This document shows positions 12,521 to 25,169 of a stretch of DNA of 64,000 nt, piece by piece. The stretch's first letter is position 1. Every line of letters begins with the position of its first letter. The translations under genes were made by a program, and so were the position numbers. Below the pieces are notes generated by a model that worked only from the letters and a program-made list of their open reading frames with translations, had not been told where the DNA came from and did no database searches. Source of the stretch: Camelus dromedarius (Eukaryota); contig NC_087437.1 of NCBI RefSeq assembly GCF_036321535.1, forward strand, positions 61,072,001 through 61,136,000, written 5' to 3'.

Positions 12521-15500
12521 TGTAGTCTCCTGTAACAGGGAAATCAATTTGCTCAAAAGGTTATCTTCCCATTGTTTGGCTCTGTAAGTTATCATTTGGT
12601 TTTGTTAAAGCTTGTGAGATTGGTGCTATGCCTATAAATTCTTATTTACACCATTATTTTGAGGGACTGATTACTAATTGCTTTTTTTAAATGATGTACT
12701 GATGAAAATGTGAAAGGAAAATAACTAAGGCATTATTTGCCAAGAATAGATGGAAAATATAAAGAATTTTATCAAATTTTTAACAATTTTTTGGAAAAGA
12801 TATAATTATCTTTTCTGTATCCCATTGTACTAGATTATTGAACCTTCTATGTGTATGTTTTTAAATATATAAAATTCTACTTCCTTGACTCTGTAAGTTA
12901 ACAATTATTTATTGAGTCCTTAATCAAAATTGGGAAAAATCTTGAAATCTAAGATCTGGTTCCTGCCTGTTTTAGCTGGAGAGACACACTACATGTGAGA
13001 TAACTGGAGAACATGTAAAGCTTACCTTTCTGAGACTGAACCATAATTACAAAAGAAGTTTAGAAAGGGTAAAGAATAGTGTAGGCTTTAGTTAGGAAAA
13101 TAAAACTGAAAAGTGGCAAATACTGTGGCTCAGATTTTCTTTCAACTCACTTTTATTCTTTAGTTCCACCTTTTAAAACTATTAGATTTAGGATATGACT
13201 TTTATCAGTAAGGCATATCCAGTACCCAAGTAGGAAAGGATTATTGATTCTAGGATTAAAGATTTTAGCTAGCAAGAATCTCACTTGGAAAATACCAGAG
13301 GGTGCCACTAGCAACTGAAAAGTAAAGGAAAGATTTAATTTCTCTACCCAGGTACAAATTAAATGTATGGTATATTATATATGATATGCAGAAGGGACAC
13401 TATATGTAGGCATAAGTGTACTTGGGTAACAGCTCTGCTTCTAAATAGCAGAATAGAACTAGACCAACAAGTATACTGTTCAAGTATAAAAGGGCCTGTA
13501 ATTTTAAAATTAGGCAGTGGTGGGGAGTTGTGGGTTAAGTGTTAATATCATTAATTCTTTAGATGGAGAAAATATAAATGTGTATATGGAATTGCAGACC
13601 CTTTGCAGAAACTCTTGACAACGCACGACTATAGACTATTGAATTAGATTTATCTCCAAAGTCTTTTCCACTCCAAAATTTAATGCTTCTAGTCTCTTCC
13701 CTTTATTTTATATATTATCTATCCATAGGTTAATTAAAAATATACTTGTTAATCAGTTCCTTTGCTTTTCTGTGTCTAGGTTTCGTTTGCTGAATAACAT
13801 GATGTACCCTTACTGTGATGAATGAAATCTCCAAAAAGGAGAGTACGTTAGTTACACATAGTTACTGATCTAGTAATTATCTTTTAAACACAATTTATTG
13901 ATTTTAAAACTTAATGCTGTGTTCCTAATCAGTGTTGAGTATGGCTAAAATGTAATTAATGAATACCAAATATTTTACTGACACCAGAGTTAAATTGTAT
14001 TTTATGTGTGTGATAAAACAAAGCACTTTATTGGCTGAGCAATTGTTAGGAAATCGATTTGTGTAAGTTGTAGAATTCACACTTGGTTTTGGTAGAAACA
14101 AGTTTTTCAAAATCCAATTAGGCTGATTTTTAAAATATTTCTTATTCCATATTGTATCTCCATGGTGTCATTCTCTCTGTCTCTCTGACCCTCTTTCATT
14201 TAACTACTCAATAGTAAATCATGGGATGCAGGCTGATGAATAACTAATGTCTTGTGTAGAACTAAATGAGAGTAAGAAGAACCCACTCTTCTGGTGAACA
14301 TGGCAATTTTTCAATAATAGTAGCCTTGATTAAAAGGCTATTTTAAGACAGCTGTGTACTATGAATATTCAACTTCATTGATTTGCCTTGCTTAGCATTT
14401 CAATTCCTGTCTTGCCATGAAACTTAGTATTGCACTGTACACATTGTAGAATGATGTCAAGAGTGTTCTTTAGTACTGAAAATAACCAACAAAGAATACC
14501 AAGGCAATATGTTGATTTCTCCTGATATGGAAAAATTTGGTATTTCAGTGATGGCTACTTTGGTCTTTGATTTACTTCTCTGGTAATTCTGCTAGAGAGA
14601 CGGCTTAGAGTCTAGAATACTTTTTATAGAGATTACGATGACCTTGGTAGTTTTCCCATCAAGTGATCTTGTGGTTAAATTATTGGGTGTAATGAGACCC
14701 TTAGTTAGAAAATCTTTCTACTTTCTTTTACTTTTCTATTATTTAGTCTTGATTTTTGACAACCATTCTCTGAAAATTAGTCATGGTTTTCAATGAAATT
14801 GGAGATTCCATTTCTAAGTTTTTAAATGTAACATTTTTCATTTTTTATAAATTAATATACAAGGAAAGAATTAGAGGCAAACATTGTTTTTATAGCTTAT
14901 TTAAGAATTCTTATTCTAAATATAGAATAGCTAGCTCCATGACATGCCTCCCCCCCCCCTTTTTTTTTTTTGCCTATGGAATGCTGTTGTATGACTTAGA
15001 ATCTCAGTCATTCTCATAAACATCATTTTTGGTAGAGGTCTTTCTTTGACATGATCTCAAAGTAGAGTTGGGCAATCTAATGAACTACTTTAATAAAACA
15101 TAATTTAGCATTTCTGTAAAGTATTTTCAAAAGATAACCAGATTTACTTGTAGGATTAGAGATACAAATACCAATGGTAGTATTTTGCCTAAGAACAATC
15201 ACATATTAATCTATAAATATGGAAAGTTGTCTTGTTGTACTTAATTCTGTTGCAACAAAGAGCAAGTTTTTGTTGTTTGTTTTAAAGTATTTCCTTTACA
15301 GAGATCAAAATGCCCTAAGAATTTATATCCCTTATAAGGTCACTTGGGTTTTCAAATAGGAAGAATAAGCTGGATTTAACATAAGAAAATTTTTATCTCC
15401 ATTAAAAGAAGTTATTAATTGTACTGGGCCACCATGAATCATTCATTTATTAGACATGGTAAATAAAATGGGAAGCATTTCAAATCATTAGAAAAATTCT

Positions 15501-17552
15501 GACCTGGAATTGAATTCTCCCTTACTTACAATCTTTCCTATTTGCTTTTTTCATAGACTCAGTATGGGCATCTTAACTGACAAGGGAGAGAGATTCTTGA
15601 TCTGGAGCCATTCCCTGCCATTCTGCTTTTTTTTTTTTCATTCCGTCAAGGTTGCTGACTTTAGAGTACATGTCACCAGGATATATTCCAAGTTAGTGAC
15701 ATTGGAATGTTGATGCTCAGTAGAGTATCTTGATGTTTTCAACAAAATGGTTTTATAGTGTGCTTTTCTCAAAACTTCTGTGTTTTAATAATGAAAAATA
15801 TAATGGTGTGATTCAAAATATAAATAGGTTTTTGACACTAATCGTATGCTCTTAACAATAGCTTTTTGATAATTTATTGCCCTGTAAGTTAAACCTCACA
15901 TGGAGTGACCATTGCCACCAAAATAATCCCCTTTTACCTGCTAACTAGAATGAAAGTAGTATGTGACCTCCACTTTGTTAATGAGTATCAAGCTTGTAGG
16001 GGCTGTTTATCTTATCTATTTAGGGGCTTTTGCGTTGTTACTTTCCTAGGTTTGTCCCTTTGATTTGGAAAGGCAATTTAAAACTTGCTGGGAAACAGAC
16101 AGTAAAGCTGTGAGATAATCCTCTAGTCTTCGATACAGAGAAATGAGTACCAGTTGAGCTAACATGATACTTAGACTTTGAGGGGCTTCTAGCCAAGCTT
16201 TGGCATGAATCTGTTAGACATATTTTATTCACTCCTTTAAGAATCCTTTTTTCTAGAATGGTTTTCCTTTTGATTGTTAACTTCTAAGCCTCTGGTGTCT
16301 TTTTTTTTTTTTTAACCCTTCAAAAGACAAAGCCGTTTTTCAAGTAGATGTTGATTGTTCCATGGAAATTCTCAGGCTCTGTGTTTGTAGGCTCTGTGCA
16401 TGCTTTGTATGAATTCAGTTTGAACAATGCGTTTTGAATCACCTGGATGTCCAATTCTGGCATGTCTTCCCTAATTGTGTTTTTTAAACGTTTTTCATAT
16501 CATTTTCCAAACCTCACTTCCCATCTTATTCAGAGAGGTTAATCAAGGAATGAAATTTGGGGATAGGGTTGGGGGTGGGTTGGGGACTTGAGTGAAGTCA
16601 ACTTGGGGTATTTACTTTAAAGTGTTTCTCAAGCGGTTTCTAACGGTATTTAGAGGTTCCCTGGGATGTTTGTGTATTCAGTTTATTCCAGATAAAGTGG
16701 TGGTCTCAGTGAGATTTGTATTCTTAATGCAGGACAGGCTCTAAATTTAATCTGTGGTGTAACGTTATTATTGAATCCAAGAAGATAATGGACAGAGACA
16801 GTGCTCCTATTGTAGTGTTTCTGGCAAGTGCTCCCTAAAGTGCACACACATACAGTTCTCAGTTTTTGGGGCTTTAATTCCATGGTGCTAGGAGATAGCA
16901 TTTGTATCTGTAGCTCTTCTCAAGAATGGGAAGAAGGCTTTGGGACCTGTGAGAAAGGGGCAACTGGATCATCTACTAAATTTTTTTGTTCAAGACACAC
17001 TAGAGACCCTCCTGTATATCGAGTAAGTGATAATAAAGGTGCTAGGGAAAGCCTTAAATTTGAATACATACGGAGGCTGTAGAAAATCTAAACTCATAGG
17101 AGGAGAAAAACATGCCATTAGATAAAGCAGAGCTGTAACTGCTGGCTAAGACTCAATGGAACTTCCACTTGCTCTAAAACCAGGGAAATCTTAGATAACT
17201 GGGTGTGATATATCTATAGATACACATAGTCTATAGGTAAATAATTTCTAAAATGAGGATCTTTCTCTCAGTTGGTGATCCTCTGGTTTTGGCTGTACCA
17301 AATTGTGAATATTCTTGCTGTGTTGTACCCAGTTGCTTTATATTGATACTGCAACTTGAACTGGGGAGGGGGGCGGTGGGACATTTGGGGTGGGGGAGGG
17401 AGGGGAGTGGGACGATAAGTCTTTTGAAGACATCAGCTCACTGTGCTGAGAGAGGGACCAAACTCAAGGAAACCTCTGATCTATAATAAATTCAACTGCT
17501 GCATTTTTTTATAAATACATGTAAATGTCCTGTTGTAATATTTGATCTTGGA

Positions 17553-17558
17553 AATAAA
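17553..17558 (+). terminator. UBXN7: Candidate distal UBXN7 polyadenylation signal
   Basis: AATAAA with upstream TGTA elements and downstream TTTTTTTGCATTATTGTTTTTGTG. Confidence 0.7.
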
Positions 17559-17989
17559 ATCAAAAACTTTTCGGTATTAGTTTTTTTGCATTATTGTTTT
17601 TGTGAGATAAGACTCTGGATGCTACTTTTGTTAATACAATTCAGGTTTCAGAAGCTTGCTCTCATATTCTCATATTTAGGACACTATAGTATTTATTGAC
17701 AAAGGTTAGTTCATAGTCTCTTTGTCAAGGGTAATGTTAGAATCTCTGCTCTTAGATACATGTTAAACATTCATGGTAAGCGCTCTGTAAATATTGGTGG
17801 AACTGTCATGGAGTTAGTGAGTTAGCTAGCCTCGGCGGGAAAGTCAGATTCTTATATTTGACATATTGGAAGTTCAAGCAGTCTAGTCTTTCAAACCAGC
17901 AGTCCTGGTTTGAAAATTAGCGTTAGCAGTCCTAATGACTAATTAAGGACTCAGCTTAAACAGGTGGAGGAAAAAAATTAATTGCTAAG

Positions 17990-19165
17990 TTATTGGGAGA
18001 AAAGCCAGGAGTTAAGAGAGAGATCATGATGAGCAAAGCAGACCCGGCCCCTCCCCTTGAAGAACTTTCTTTTCAGTTACGAATACAGACAATAAAAAAA
18101 AGAAAAAATAATAGATTTGATTCAAATACTATGAACAAAACTAGAGAAGAAGTCAACAGAATTCTGCTTTTAATAAGATGTTGGGGAGTTAACATTTAGG
18201 CTGACACCTGGAGGATGAAAAGAAGGTAGCTCATGCCAAGGGCAGGAGGAAAACTTCCAAGCAGAACGACAAATGCAAAGGCTGTGGAGCAGAAAAGTTT
18301 TTGATGTATCTAAGATATTGAAAGAAAGCCAATGTGTCTGGCATAGTGAGCAAAGGGAGTGCATAAAGTGTGAGAGCCAGATCATACAACACCTTATTAG
18401 GCCCAGTAAGGAGTTCATACAGTGTTCATATAGAGTATAATGAGAAGCTATTACTGTGTGGAGGGTGGATTAGAAGGGAGCAAGAGACTGACCAAGGTAC
18501 AAAACGGAAGTTTCCTGGACCAGAGTAACGGAGTGGCAATGGAACTGGGAAGTATTGTATAGATTAGAGATGCATTTTAAGGTAGAAATTTGAAGACTTA
18601 AGTTGGATTAGATGTGGGACAATGAAGGAAAGAGAAATTAAGAATGATTCAAATTTCAGACAGTGGGTAAGTAGTGGTGTCACTCCTGAGGCAGGAAGAC
18701 TGGCGGACCAAGCAGTTTGGTTGGGGGAGAAGTCATTTTGGATGTGTTAATTGTGGTACTTCCAAGTGCAGGTGTAGTATAGCAAGTTGGACATGTAAAT
18801 CTGAAGCTTGAAGGAAACGTGAGCTGGAGTTAAGAGACTTGAGAAGTCATCAGTGTTATAGATGGAACTGAGTACCATGGGAAAGAATGAGGTCACTAGA
18901 GGAAAGTTAAAGAAGAGGGCCCAGAACCCAGGCCTGGAGACCCCCACATAAAGAGGCCCAGTCAAGGAGGAGTCAGTGAGGGAGAACCCCCAGACTGGGG
19001 TGTAAAGGGAGCCAAGAGTGAGAATGTTCAAGAAGGACCTTGTGGCCAACTATGTCTAATTCTGCCTAGGGGTCAAATGTTCATTAGATGCAAGAAATCA
19101 TTGGAGACCAAGAACAGTTTCAGTGTGTTGTTGAAGCCAGAAGCCTAATTTAAGTGGGTTGAAGT
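17990..19165 (-). mobile_element. L2 LINE remnant
   Basis: Purine-rich antisense L2 motifs (GATTAGATGTGGG, GAGAAGTCATCAG). Boundaries approximate. Confidence 0.65.
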
Positions 19166-20629
19166 TTATAATATTTGTAAAAAGAAAACAACCCAGAACT
19201 TCCTCTTCAGTGGACTGGTATAAATGGCAACTCTTTCAACATCTCTTATCTTCCTTTTTTTTCTCTCTCCAATTAAGGAAAATGTGCTCTCTTGTGTAGT
19301 CAGCTGTCAGTTGAGGGTGAAGCCCACCCACAAGGAAGCTGATTTAGTCTGTCACTCTTATTTGAGAAAGACTGGCCTAACTGTCATCATCTTTTCCCTT
19401 TCCCTTCTACCAGTGAATTCCATTTTCTCAACTTCCTCTATTCCTTGCTCACATCCCACCTCCAAACCCCACAATATGCCCCAGAATGAAACATCTATTT
19501 ATCCATCCTGTTCTCACAAACCTTTCAGCCTCGGGAAGACTTTCACGGCATTAGGCAAATTGTTTTCCAACCCAGGCCTCATTCTTAATTTGTGCCCTCC
19601 CTAAACCCCCATTTGCATTCCTCTGGAATTATCACCAAACAAGTGATAACTAGTAGCTGCGTTACCGATAGAGCCAAATTCTATTATTAACACGTCTGTA
19701 AAAAGGTAATGTTTTAGTTCTTTCATGGCAATGACCAGGACTCTGTGACCATAGTGGTCTTACCACAGGGGAACAAAGAATCTGACTTAAGCTGGCCTGA
19801 CTTAGAGAAACTATTCCAAGTATATAGCTTCTAAAAGAGGGTCTTGTTCATAAGATTAATCATTGAATTAATTGTCATAAATTTACCCTAAGAAACAAAG
19901 GCCTACAGCTGCTCTCAGCAGTCCCAACTAAATTTGACACTTTAACATGTAAAAGCCAAATTCCAGCACTTCCTTTTGCTCCACAAGCACCATTTTAATG
20001 ATATTCATACAAGAGTATCTGCTGTTGGATAAGCCATAGGGCTGGGAACAGAAATACCTTCTAAAAATCTTAGTATATCTGGCAGCCTGCCATCAGATCA
20101 TTCTAATTGCCTAACTATGAAGTGTTCTAATGGACACTGCATATAAAATTCTTTTTGCTAAGCTAAGATCCAAGAAAAGAAGGAGAGGACTAACCCAGGA
20201 GAGGCATCTTGCATCTTATTTAAAATTCTCAAAATAAACTTGTTAGATAGGCATCATTTTATAACTGAGGCTCAGTGAACTACCAAAGTTCACGTAGCTA
20301 ATAGGTGTTTGTAGCAGAAATCCAGTTCCAGGTCTCTCAGGTGCCAAAGCACCACAGTACTGTCTCCAAGAAGAAATACCTGAAGTTAGTTGGAATCCGG
20401 GTTAGGAAAAAAAAAAAAAAAAGACATCTCAAGCACCAATGTGTGGGACTGTGTAGAGTCAAACAACGTAGGATCATTTCCCCAATCTCACTCACTTTAC
20501 TCTCAGTCAAATTCCTCTGGGCTATAATCTCTTTATCAGCATAATGAGGCCAACCAAATACTTATTTTACTTGCTTTAGATCTGTTGTAAGGATCTAATG
20601 AGATAGTTTGTAAATGTAGTGGGGGTTAT

Positions 20630-20915
20630 ATATATTTTTATTAAAGTATAGTCAGTTGACAATGTGTCGATTTCTGGTGTACAGTATAGTGCCTCAGTCA
20701 TACGTGAACATACATATATTTGTTTTCATAATCTTTTTCACCATAAATTACTTGATATTGAATATAGTTCTCTGTGCTATACAGTATGAATTTGTTGTTT
20801 ATCTGTTTTATATATATTAGTTAGTATCTGCAAATCTTGAACTCCTAATTTATCCCTTCCGACTCCCTTTCCCCTCATAAGTTTGTTTTCTATGTCTGTA
20901 AATGTGTTTTATAAT
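20630..20915 (-). mobile_element. 5'-truncated L1 3' end
   Basis: Reverse complement of the L1 3' UTR family seen at 1723 and 52722. Confidence 0.8.
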
Positions 20916-21469
20916 AAATGTTTCTTCTTAATTGTAAAGCTTTGTGAGCCCCCCTCAGCCTAGAATCTTCTATCAAAATTCAATTCTCTGGGGGAGACCC
21001 AAGAATTCATCTGGGCTCTAAATGATTCTCTTTTACCATGAAAATGAAAACTGGATCCTATTTAATGAACTTTTCAATAAGTTGTTTACCAGCTTTTGTG
21101 TCAAGCACATATATATCTGCATACATAGAAATGTCATACATAGAAAGCAGCTCATATGCAGCAAAGAAATGTGATAGCTACTGTAATTATTCCTTCTCAT
21201 ATATATGCATATCAAGGGTTTTCTCAATATTGTTTGTTTTCACTGTTAGAAGTAAAATCTCTGTGCAGAGAGATTATGTGTGTTACTTCATCCAGTGCAT
21301 AAATTATTTTATTAATTAAATGATTCCTGAATTCCACTTTGTTCCAAGCTCTATACTGGATTTTGGATCTACAAAGCAAAATAAGATACAGGCTCTCTGC
21401 CCTGAAGAGTCTCACAGTTGTGAAGGAAGAGGCCCTAAATAGCATGGGTAAATAAAAATGCTGTGGGAA

Positions 21470-22460
21470 GTGGGCAAAGATTTTTTTAAACAGGACCCAA
21501 AAAGAAGTGATCATAAAGGAAAAGATCGATAAACAGAACTTACTTAAAATCAAGAACCGCTCTTAATGAAAAGACAGTAAGAGAGTGAAAACTACAGAAG
21601 GAAGAAACATTCATAATACATATATCTCACAAAGCTCTCATACCTGGAATTATAAAGAACTACAAGTAAAGGAAAAGACAAAGAACCAGTAAAAATTGGG
21701 CGAACGACTTGAGCAGGCACTTCTCAAAAAAGGATCTCCAAATGGCCAATCAGTATATGAAAAGTCACTAACTCATCAAGAAAATTCAAATTAAAACCAC
21801 AGTCAGACACTACTAAACACCTACCCGAATGGCTTAAATTTAAGATGTTGGTAAGAATGTGAAGCAACCGAACTCTCATACAGCACTGGCAGGAGTGTAA
21901 ATTAGTAGGCCCACTTTGGTTAACTGGCAATATTATTTGCCAAAATTAAACATTCACCTACCCTATGACCCAACAATTCCAATCCTAGGTATAATCCCTA
22001 GAAAAATTAGTGCATAGCTTCTCCAAAGGCATGTATAAGAATATTCATAGTAGCATCATTTATAACAGGCGAAAATTGAAAATAAATGTCTATCAATAGC
22101 AGAATAGATTGTAATATGTCATACAATGGAATAATAAAAAAGAATGAATTATATGATGGATGAATCTTACAGATATAAAATTGAGTGAAGAAAGCCAGAC
22201 AAAAAAGTGCACACTATATGAGTCCATTTATATGAAATTCAAGAAATGCCAAAAGCTAATTGATGATAAAATTCAAAATGGAATATTTAACATTAGGACA
22301 GGGATAATGATGGGAGGGACACGATAGAACCTTTTGGGGATTTGGAGATATGCTATATCTTGATCTGTGTGTGGTTACTCTAGGTGCACAAGTAACAATT
22401 CAATTTTTATAATTAAGATTTTTGCATTTTACTGTTTGTAATACCTAAATTAAAAAAAAA
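21470..22460 (+). mobile_element. Old L1 (L1MC/L1ME-type) 3' end
   Basis: CCCTATGACCCAACAATTCC and AGAAAGCCAGAC motifs, A-rich end. Boundaries approximate. Confidence 0.7.
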
Positions 22461-22889
22461 TTAAAATTTGGGAGCACAGAGAAAGAAGAGCATTAAAAAC
22501 TGGGAGCATAGAGAAAGAATTGCCTGACTCTGAAGAAATCATAGAGGACTTCCACGGAGATGTTTGAACTGGATCTTGAATAGGAGCTTGTCAAAACGGT
22601 GTCACAGACCTCCCATGCAGAGAGTGCCATGAAATGCTCAGCAATCTGGTGTGACTGTGGTACAAGATGATGGTGGCCTGAAGTGTGAACAAAAAATTAG
22701 AAGGCTAGTAAAGGAACTACAGCTAAGAGCAAAGTAAGGAAGGTGATAAGGAAAACTGATAGCCACTCTGCTCAGCACTGTTTTTCCAAAGAGCCCAAAT
22801 TTTGCAGTGAGTGAAACAGATATGGGCTGCAAGTATTTGAAAAAGTGTTGCTGCTTGGGAAAGGAAGGAAGATAGGGTATTTCTCACCA

Positions 22890-23100
22890 GTGCATCCTCT
22901 GACTCATTAAGGCATTTTAGCTCACGAGGCCATGCCTCCTGGTTCCTTCTTTTGGGTCACATGAAAATGAGCAGAGGATGGGTCATCAGGAGAGGGCTCT
23001 CTAGGAAGAGGAAAGCTCCTTCCATGGAAGCCTGTAGGCAGTGGTGTGGGGGCACACATGCACACACACACACACACCCGGGTGGCCTCCACATATATAC
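22890..23100 (+). promoter_or_regulatory. TM4SF19: TM4SF19 proximal promoter
   Basis: AP-1 TGACTCA 22900-22906, M-box GTCACATGA 22956-22964, AAGAGGAAAG 23006-23015, TTCCATGGAA 23020-23029, TATATA 23094-23099. Confidence 0.7.
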
Positions 23101-23119
23101 AGCGCCTCCCTGGCCCTCC

Positions 23120-23259
23120 CGAGCAGTCCTGACAGAGGAGCCTCTGGTCCAGCCCTGCAGGAATCCCAGCTGGGGCCACAGGAGTACGGGCCCACTCTGA
23201 ACACGGAGCCCTTCTCCACATTCTTTCTCTTCCACCCTGATTCTTGCCACTGGATGCAG
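23120..23259 (+). other. TM4SF19: TM4SF19 non-coding exon 1 (5' end approximate)
   Basis: Lies downstream of the TATA-like box and ends at the strong donor GATGCAG|gtaagc. Resembles the recalled human 5' UTR. Confidence 0.75.
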
Positions 23260-25169
23260 GTAAGCAGAAATGAAAGGGCCCAGTGAAGGGAAGGCCGGGG
23301 AATAGTTTAGCCTAGCAGTTCAGAGCACAAACTTCCAACTCATAGGAGACCTGGCTCAGGCACTGAGCAGCTATGTGACTTCAGTTTGTTTAATTTCTCT
23401 CTGCTTCAGTCTGTCAACTCCAGGTCCTTACCCATGCTTAGAATACTTTTCCTTTCCCAGCACTGCCTGTCTAATAATGCCTTGTTGTCAAGTTTTAGCT
23501 TGGACAACACTTCCTCCAGGAGGCTCTGCCTTGCTTCTGCAAGCAGGATTAGGCAGTCCTCTGGGTGCTTCCATCACACCTTCAGTTGGACAGTTCTTGG
23601 CACTTGCTTATTGTTTGGTTAGTCTCCCCACCAGAATTTAAGTTCCTCAAGAGAAGAGGCTGTCTCTGATTCACCAGAGTGAATACTGCCTGGCAGACAG
23701 TGGTCACTTAATAAATGTATGACTGATGAAAAAATGATAAAAGCCTGGCTAGGTGATAAGTGAGGTAGAGAGACACAGAATTTGCAGTCTCTTCCTCCAT
23801 GTGACTTAGCAGATCACTTAAACTGTTGCCCAGACATGTAGCTAATGGTTTCTTTACCCAGCCAGGATCCCAGGTTAGAACAGGGCCTCCCCTAGAGCCT
23901 GGTTGTAAGGTTTTACCTTATGATCCTGCCTGTCTCTTCCGATATCGCATTAGCCAAACTCTCTGCTAATCTCCTGGCTCACATTTATGGAAACATTTCT
24001 CAGAATGGTGTGATTTCCAGGTGAACAAAGTCAGGGAGAGGAAGTGAAATTCAAACTGAGCCACAGCCCTTCTGGACGGAGCAGCACAGCAAGTGCTTTT
24101 AGTAGAATGTGAGCAGGACAGTCAGGATTCTCTGAATTCTATTCATCCTAAAGGCCATGCTCAACTGCTTCATTTTCCCTCTGCATGTTTGTATTTTTAA
24201 ATTTCCCTTCTAAAACTCTTTCTTGATAGGAAAAATTTCCATGGAGGAGATCGTCAGAGGGGTTCATGTTGGTGATCTATGTCTAGACAGGCCTTTACTC
24301 ACAGGTAGAATGATTCAAAGTCCTCTGAAGGCATTCCTGAACAAAAGCTTTTCCTAGCCAGCTGTCTAGAGTGATTCAAAGCCCAACCACACACTTGTCA
24401 TCTGGGAGGAGTGTGGGTTAAAGTTGTTACTTGCCAGCACCTTGGATTGGTTAATTCACCCCAGCATGGAGACACACACTGAGAGCCCTGCACTCAGTGG
24501 CTGGACGTTCTGGGAAGGGAGGCTGCATCACACGCTGTGGGGAGGATATTTATCACACAGGTACCCTGCCTCCCAACAGCAGGGCAGGTTCCTCACCCTG
24601 AGGACCTGAGGAGAGGGCAGTAAGTACCATATCAGTATCATCGGAGACCTACTTCAAGAAAGGAGGCTTCTGTGGTGGGCCACTGAAGGAGGGCAGGAGA
24701 AGGAACACACCATCCCTCCTGATCCCTGGTGCCTACCACTCCATCCTTGGTGTAAGGGCCACCGTCCTCCATATCCTACCCGCAGCTCTTCCGTGTGCCC
24801 CCTCCTCAGAGATCTGAACTTCCTTTCATCAGGGATAAGTTATTTTATTCACTGTGAGAAACATGGCTTAGAGAGCAAATACCCTGTGGAGAGGGAACAG
24901 AGTGAAGGCCACTCATGCCACTAAAATATTAGCAATTGCAGCAGGAAGTTCCCTGCTAGGAGGAGCAGCAGAGATGAGTTTGGACTCTGAGATTTGGGGA
25001 AGTAAAGATCACCAAGGGATGCAGGAATGGGGAATGGGGTGGGCAGGAGCATACACTCCCCCCTCCCCCCACCAAATCGCCCACTGAAAGCTGTATCTGA
25101 CACAGGTCCCTGTATAAGCTGTAGTCTGGATAGATAAAAATCCCTAGGCTAATCAGGTTTTTGTTCCAA

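Larger units (their letters stand above)
9434..17580 (+). other. UBXN7: Probable very long (~8.1 kb) UBXN7 3' UTR
   Basis: Repeat-poor AT-rich stretch ending at AATAAA 17553-17558 with a T/GT-rich downstream element. Dense repeats resume after it. Human UBXN7 is recalled to have a long 3' UTR. Confidence 0.7.
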
